From a virus (taxonomy: Duplodnaviria; Heunggongvirae; Uroviricota; Caudoviricetes), in IMG/VR virus record IMGVR_UViG_3300033068_000287, positions 85,498 through 122,024 of that record: a DNA stretch of 36,527 bases, one strand, 5' to 3'. The notes under the pieces are model-generated. The model ran no database searches. It was not told where the DNA came from and saw only the letters and a list, made by a program, of their open reading frames with translations. Shown here piece by piece: positions 33,967 through 36,527 of the stretch; the first letter of the stretch is position 1; each line of letters begins with the position of its first letter. The position numbers and the translations under genes are program-made.

Positions 33967-34310
33967 CCAATATGTCAGAATTTAGTGATTTTATGAATTG
34001 TGATGTAAGTCATGAACCTGAACCCCCATGTACATTTATGATGCATGACTGGTATTTTGCATACAATACAGAACTCGATAGACTCTATAAAGGATATGAT
34101 ATTAGCGGAAAAATAGATTTTCTTATTCGGTATGTAACTCCTTATGGTGACACCTATTCAGACTTTAAGGACTTAGACGATGCCTTATATAAAAGTGGCG
34201 AACATCCTATTAATGCCGCGCAGCATGTATTCTATAAGTATTGGCGAAACAATAACATACTAAATAGTTGTAACACTCACTTTAACTCAATATTTTGTAA
34301 AGGTATTTAA
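33963..34310 (+). CDS. FxDFM-family paralog 6
   Basis: MTNMSEFSDFMNC...MHDWYFAYNTEL...HPINAAQHVF. Confidence 0.65.
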   Translation: MTNMSEFSDFMNCDVSHEPEPPCTFMMHDWYFAYNTELDRLYKGYDISGKIDFLIRYVTPYGDTYSDFKDLDDALYKSGEHPINAAQHVFYKYWRNNNILNSCNTHFNSIFCKGI

Positions 34311-35047
34311 TGGGTAAAAAGCACAGTAAGAAAACTAACACTAATGATAATTCCAATTGTGGTCCACAAATTAAAAAGAAATTCCATACCAAAGACTTGA
34401 CAAAAATTCAACCTAAAACAAACAATCAAAAGAAACTGATGACACAGTATAAAGACAATCCAGATAAGAGTTTTTTCTTGTCGGGCTCTGCTGGTACTGG
34501 TAAAACGTTTTTGTCTATGTATCTAGCATTAAATGAGGTTGTTGATCCCAACAATGATTTTGATGAATTGATTATCATTCGTTCTATTGTTCCTTCTAGA
34601 GAGATTGGATTCCTTCCTGGCTCTATTGAAGAAAAAACAATGGTATATGAAGAACCTTACGTTTCTATCTGTGATGAACTATTTGAATATTCTAAATCTT
34701 ACGACAATCTAAGAAATGCAGGATATATCGATTTTATTCCTACGTCATTCCTTAGAGGTTCAACATTCAATAACTGTATTATTCTAGTTGATGAATGTCA
34801 GAACATGACGTTCCAAGAATTGGACACTATTATGACCCGTGTAGGAACGAATTCAAAAATCATCTTCTGTGGTGACAGTAGACAATGCGACTTGAATCAA
34901 AAGCGCAATGATCTATCAGGATTTGATGATTTTTATTCAATCGTAAAGCGCATGAAAAAATACTTTTCATTTATTGAATTTGATGCTGATGATATCGTCC
35001 GTTCTGGTATCGTTAAAGAATACATCATCAATAAAGAAGCAAAATAA
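34310..35047 (+). CDS. phoH: PhoH-family ATPase
   Basis: PKT.NQ, GSAGTGKT, RS.V...EIGFLPG..EEK, FLRG.TF, LVDECQN, FCGD..Q.DL, D.VRSGIVK. Confidence 0.95.
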   Translation: MGKKHSKKTNTNDNSNCGPQIKKKFHTKDLTKIQPKTNNQKKLMTQYKDNPDKSFFLSGSAGTGKTFLSMYLALNEVVDPNNDFDELIIIRSIVPSREIGFLPGSIEEKTMVYEEPYVSICDELFEYSKSYDNLRNAGYIDFIPTSFLRGSTFNNCIILVDECQNMTFQELDTIMTRVGTNSKIIFCGDSRQCDLNQKRNDLSGFDDFYSIVKRMKKYFSFIEFDADDIVRSGIVKEYIINKEAK

Positions 35048-35066
35048 ACTAATAAAATTCACGATT

Positions 35067-35103
35067 AAAAAAGAGGGTCTTAATTGGCCCTCTTTTTCTT
35101 TTT
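35067..35103 (+). terminator. intrinsic (possibly bidirectional) terminator
   Basis: AAAAAA-GAGGGTC-TTAATT-GGCCCTC-TTTTTCTTTTT. Confidence 0.8.
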
Positions 35104-35104
35104 G

Positions 35105-35112
35105 TATAAATA
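35105..35112 (+). promoter_or_regulatory. T4-type late promoter
   Basis: Exact TATAAATA directly after the terminator, upstream of the amidase. Confidence 0.75.
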
Positions 35113-35137
35113 GATTTACCAGTATGTAGGAATAAAA

Positions 35138-35815
35138 ATGATTGTAACCCTGTGGCTATGGCTGAAAAATCCTAAACTAAACAGAAAGAATAGACCTCCG
35201 ATGCTAGACGTAATTGACAACTGGCTTTATATTAATAATAAAGCTGTTCAAAAAATTGATTCAACTAAAGATAAGACTTCTCCTGGAAGTAATATCTGCG
35301 ATTATATTATCTATCATTATACAGCATCTACAACTGCAAAATCTGCACACAATAATTACCAAAATCCAGATACAAACGTTAGCTGGCACTTAACTATTGA
35401 TCGTGATGGAAATGTATATCAACTATACGACTTTAGAAAAATTACATGGCATGCCGGTAAATCTGGATGGAGAAAACCAAACGGAACAGTTATTGACGGA
35501 CTAAACAAATTCTCCATTGGAATCGAAATGGTAAATGCTGGTCCACTAACAATCAAAATCGGCCAATATCAAACTTGGTCAGGACAAGTTGTTCCTGATG
35601 TTGATGTTTTCTTTGATAAAAATGGCAATCCATGGCAAAGATATACACCACAACAAATTGCAGCAGCTAAAGCTATTGGACAAACTCTAGCAAGACAATA
35701 TAAATGTATTGATATTCTTGGACATGAACAAATTTCACCAGGACGTAAACAGGACCCAGGTCCTGCATTTGCTGCAACTCTAGCAGAAATTAGACGCTTG
35801 ACATACGGCAGATAA
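35138..35815 (+). CDS. N-acetylmuramoyl-L-alanine amidase (Amidase_2), probable endolysin; alternative start 35201
   Basis: IIYHYTAS, VSWHL.I.RDG, TWHAG.S.W, N.FSIGIEM.N, ILGHEQISPGRKQDPGP. Confidence 0.92.
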   Translation: MIVTLWLWLKNPKLNRKNRPPMLDVIDNWLYINNKAVQKIDSTKDKTSPGSNICDYIIYHYTASTTAKSAHNNYQNPDTNVSWHLTIDRDGNVYQLYDFRKITWHAGKSGWRKPNGTVIDGLNKFSIGIEMVNAGPLTIKIGQYQTWSGQVVPDVDVFFDKNGNPWQRYTPQQIAAAKAIGQTLARQYKCIDILGHEQISPGRKQDPGPAFAATLAEIRRLTYGR

Positions 35816-35826
35816 TATAGTATAAT
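35798..35826 (+). promoter_or_regulatory. consensus sigma70 promoter
   Basis: TTGACA (35798-35803), 17 nt, TATAAT (35821-35826). Confidence 0.85.
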
Positions 35827-35835
35827 ACATAGATC

Positions 35836-36527
35836 ATGGCAAATAAATTTAAAGACATTCTTAATCCAGACAAAACTTTGTGGGAACAAATCCGTAAAGT
35901 TTTATTTGACGATAATGCGGTAAAGCATGGGTTCCGCGCAGCTAGTAAACCAATATACACTTTAGAAGAATTAGAGGACGATTTGTTTGATGCCCGCGGA
36001 ACGAAGGCATCCATAAAATCCAAACACCCTTTCAAATATTTTCTATATGTTACTTTGCCTAATAAACTAGAAGATATTTTTGAATATCCGGGCGATGTTG
36101 CGGGTAAAGTATACTGGTTCATTAGATATAGAACATTTGACAAATATCATGTCATTAAACTTCCTGTGGAACCTGGCTATCGTGATTCTGATTCTATTAT
36201 AGAAGCTGCACTTTGGAAGATTCTTACCGATTTTGTAGAATCAGAATGCGCAAATATGGTCTATGTTTGTGAACGTAGCAGATTTAATAATACCAGACCC
36301 AAAAATTCAAGGGAACTTGGACTAGAATGGATTGATTTTCAAATTAAAGAAAATCATCACAGCGGTAGTGGAGATAAAGCAATTAAAAATGCTTATCTGT
36401 ATTATAAAGATGAAAGACCGTTACTAGCAAAACAAATTACTGATTTATATGACAGTATTGATTATAAGGTTGAAAATAAACCTGAACGTCTTAATAAATA
36501 CGAAAATATTAGAGCAATAGAAGCTGA
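35836..36527 (+). CDS. conserved phage hypothetical protein, partial (runs off the window; not in ORF track)
   Basis: Open frame from ATG 35836 (MANKFKDIL...KYHVIKL...PGYRDSD.II...W.IL.DFVESE) to the window end. Confidence 0.75.
   Translation, partial: MANKFKDILNPDKTLWEQIRKVLFDDNAVKHGFRAASKPIYTLEELEDDLFDARGTKASIKSKHPFKYFLYVTLPNKLEDIFEYPGDVAGKVYWFIRYRTFDKYHVIKLPVEPGYRDSDSIIEAALWKILTDFVESECANMVYVCERSRFNNTRPKNSRELGLEWIDFQIKENHHSGSGDKAIKNAYLYYKDERPLLAKQITDLYDSIDYKVENKPERLNKYENIRAIEA

Noticed and set aside
34922-34936. FDDF motif inside PhoH (GFDDFY)
   Set aside because: It is internal, in a normally conserved PhoH helix, and not followed by Met; likely coincidence
423-36143. Many short antisense or alternate-frame ORFs in the track (e.g. 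2254-2457, 6220-6504, 10406-10600, 29373-29711, 32895-33302, 35790-36143)
   Set aside because: They lie opposite or inside well-supported genes, lack RBS/promoter context and show no motifs; they are shadow ORFs

Overview
AT-rich window from a T4-like (Tevenvirinae/Kyanoviridae-type) myophage genome; the genes are tightly packed and almost all lie on the + strand. The core genes are the primase C-terminus, thyX, nrdA/nrdB (no introns), a RuvC-like resolvase, RNase H, dUTPase, PAAR (gp5.4-like), GroES, PhoH and an amidase. T4 late promoters (TATAAATA) and sigma70-type early promoters are both visible. Several accessory genes (CCA enzyme, outer-membrane beta-barrel, SleB hydrolase) look alphaproteobacterial, which hints at the host but is only an inference. 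The most unusual elements are: (1) a non-coding cluster at 24.9-25.4 kb with a circularly permuted tRNA-mimic (Y-RNA/YrlA-like) fold, two non-canonical tRNA-like RNAs sharing a distorted acceptor stem, and a hairpin-dense region; (2) a tandem array of six small paralogous ORFs at 32.4-34.3 kb sharing an N-terminal FxDFM motif; (3) a minimal class II aminoacyl-tRNA-synthetase-like gene near a MazG-like gene; (4) an inverted, late-promoter-driven glycosyltransferase plus methyltransferase cassette; (5) an ADP-ribosyltransferase-like protein with a T4 capsid-targeting N-terminus next to PAAR; (6) an HslV-like protease that appears to start at ATT. Family assignments come from motif recognition by eye, with no database search.
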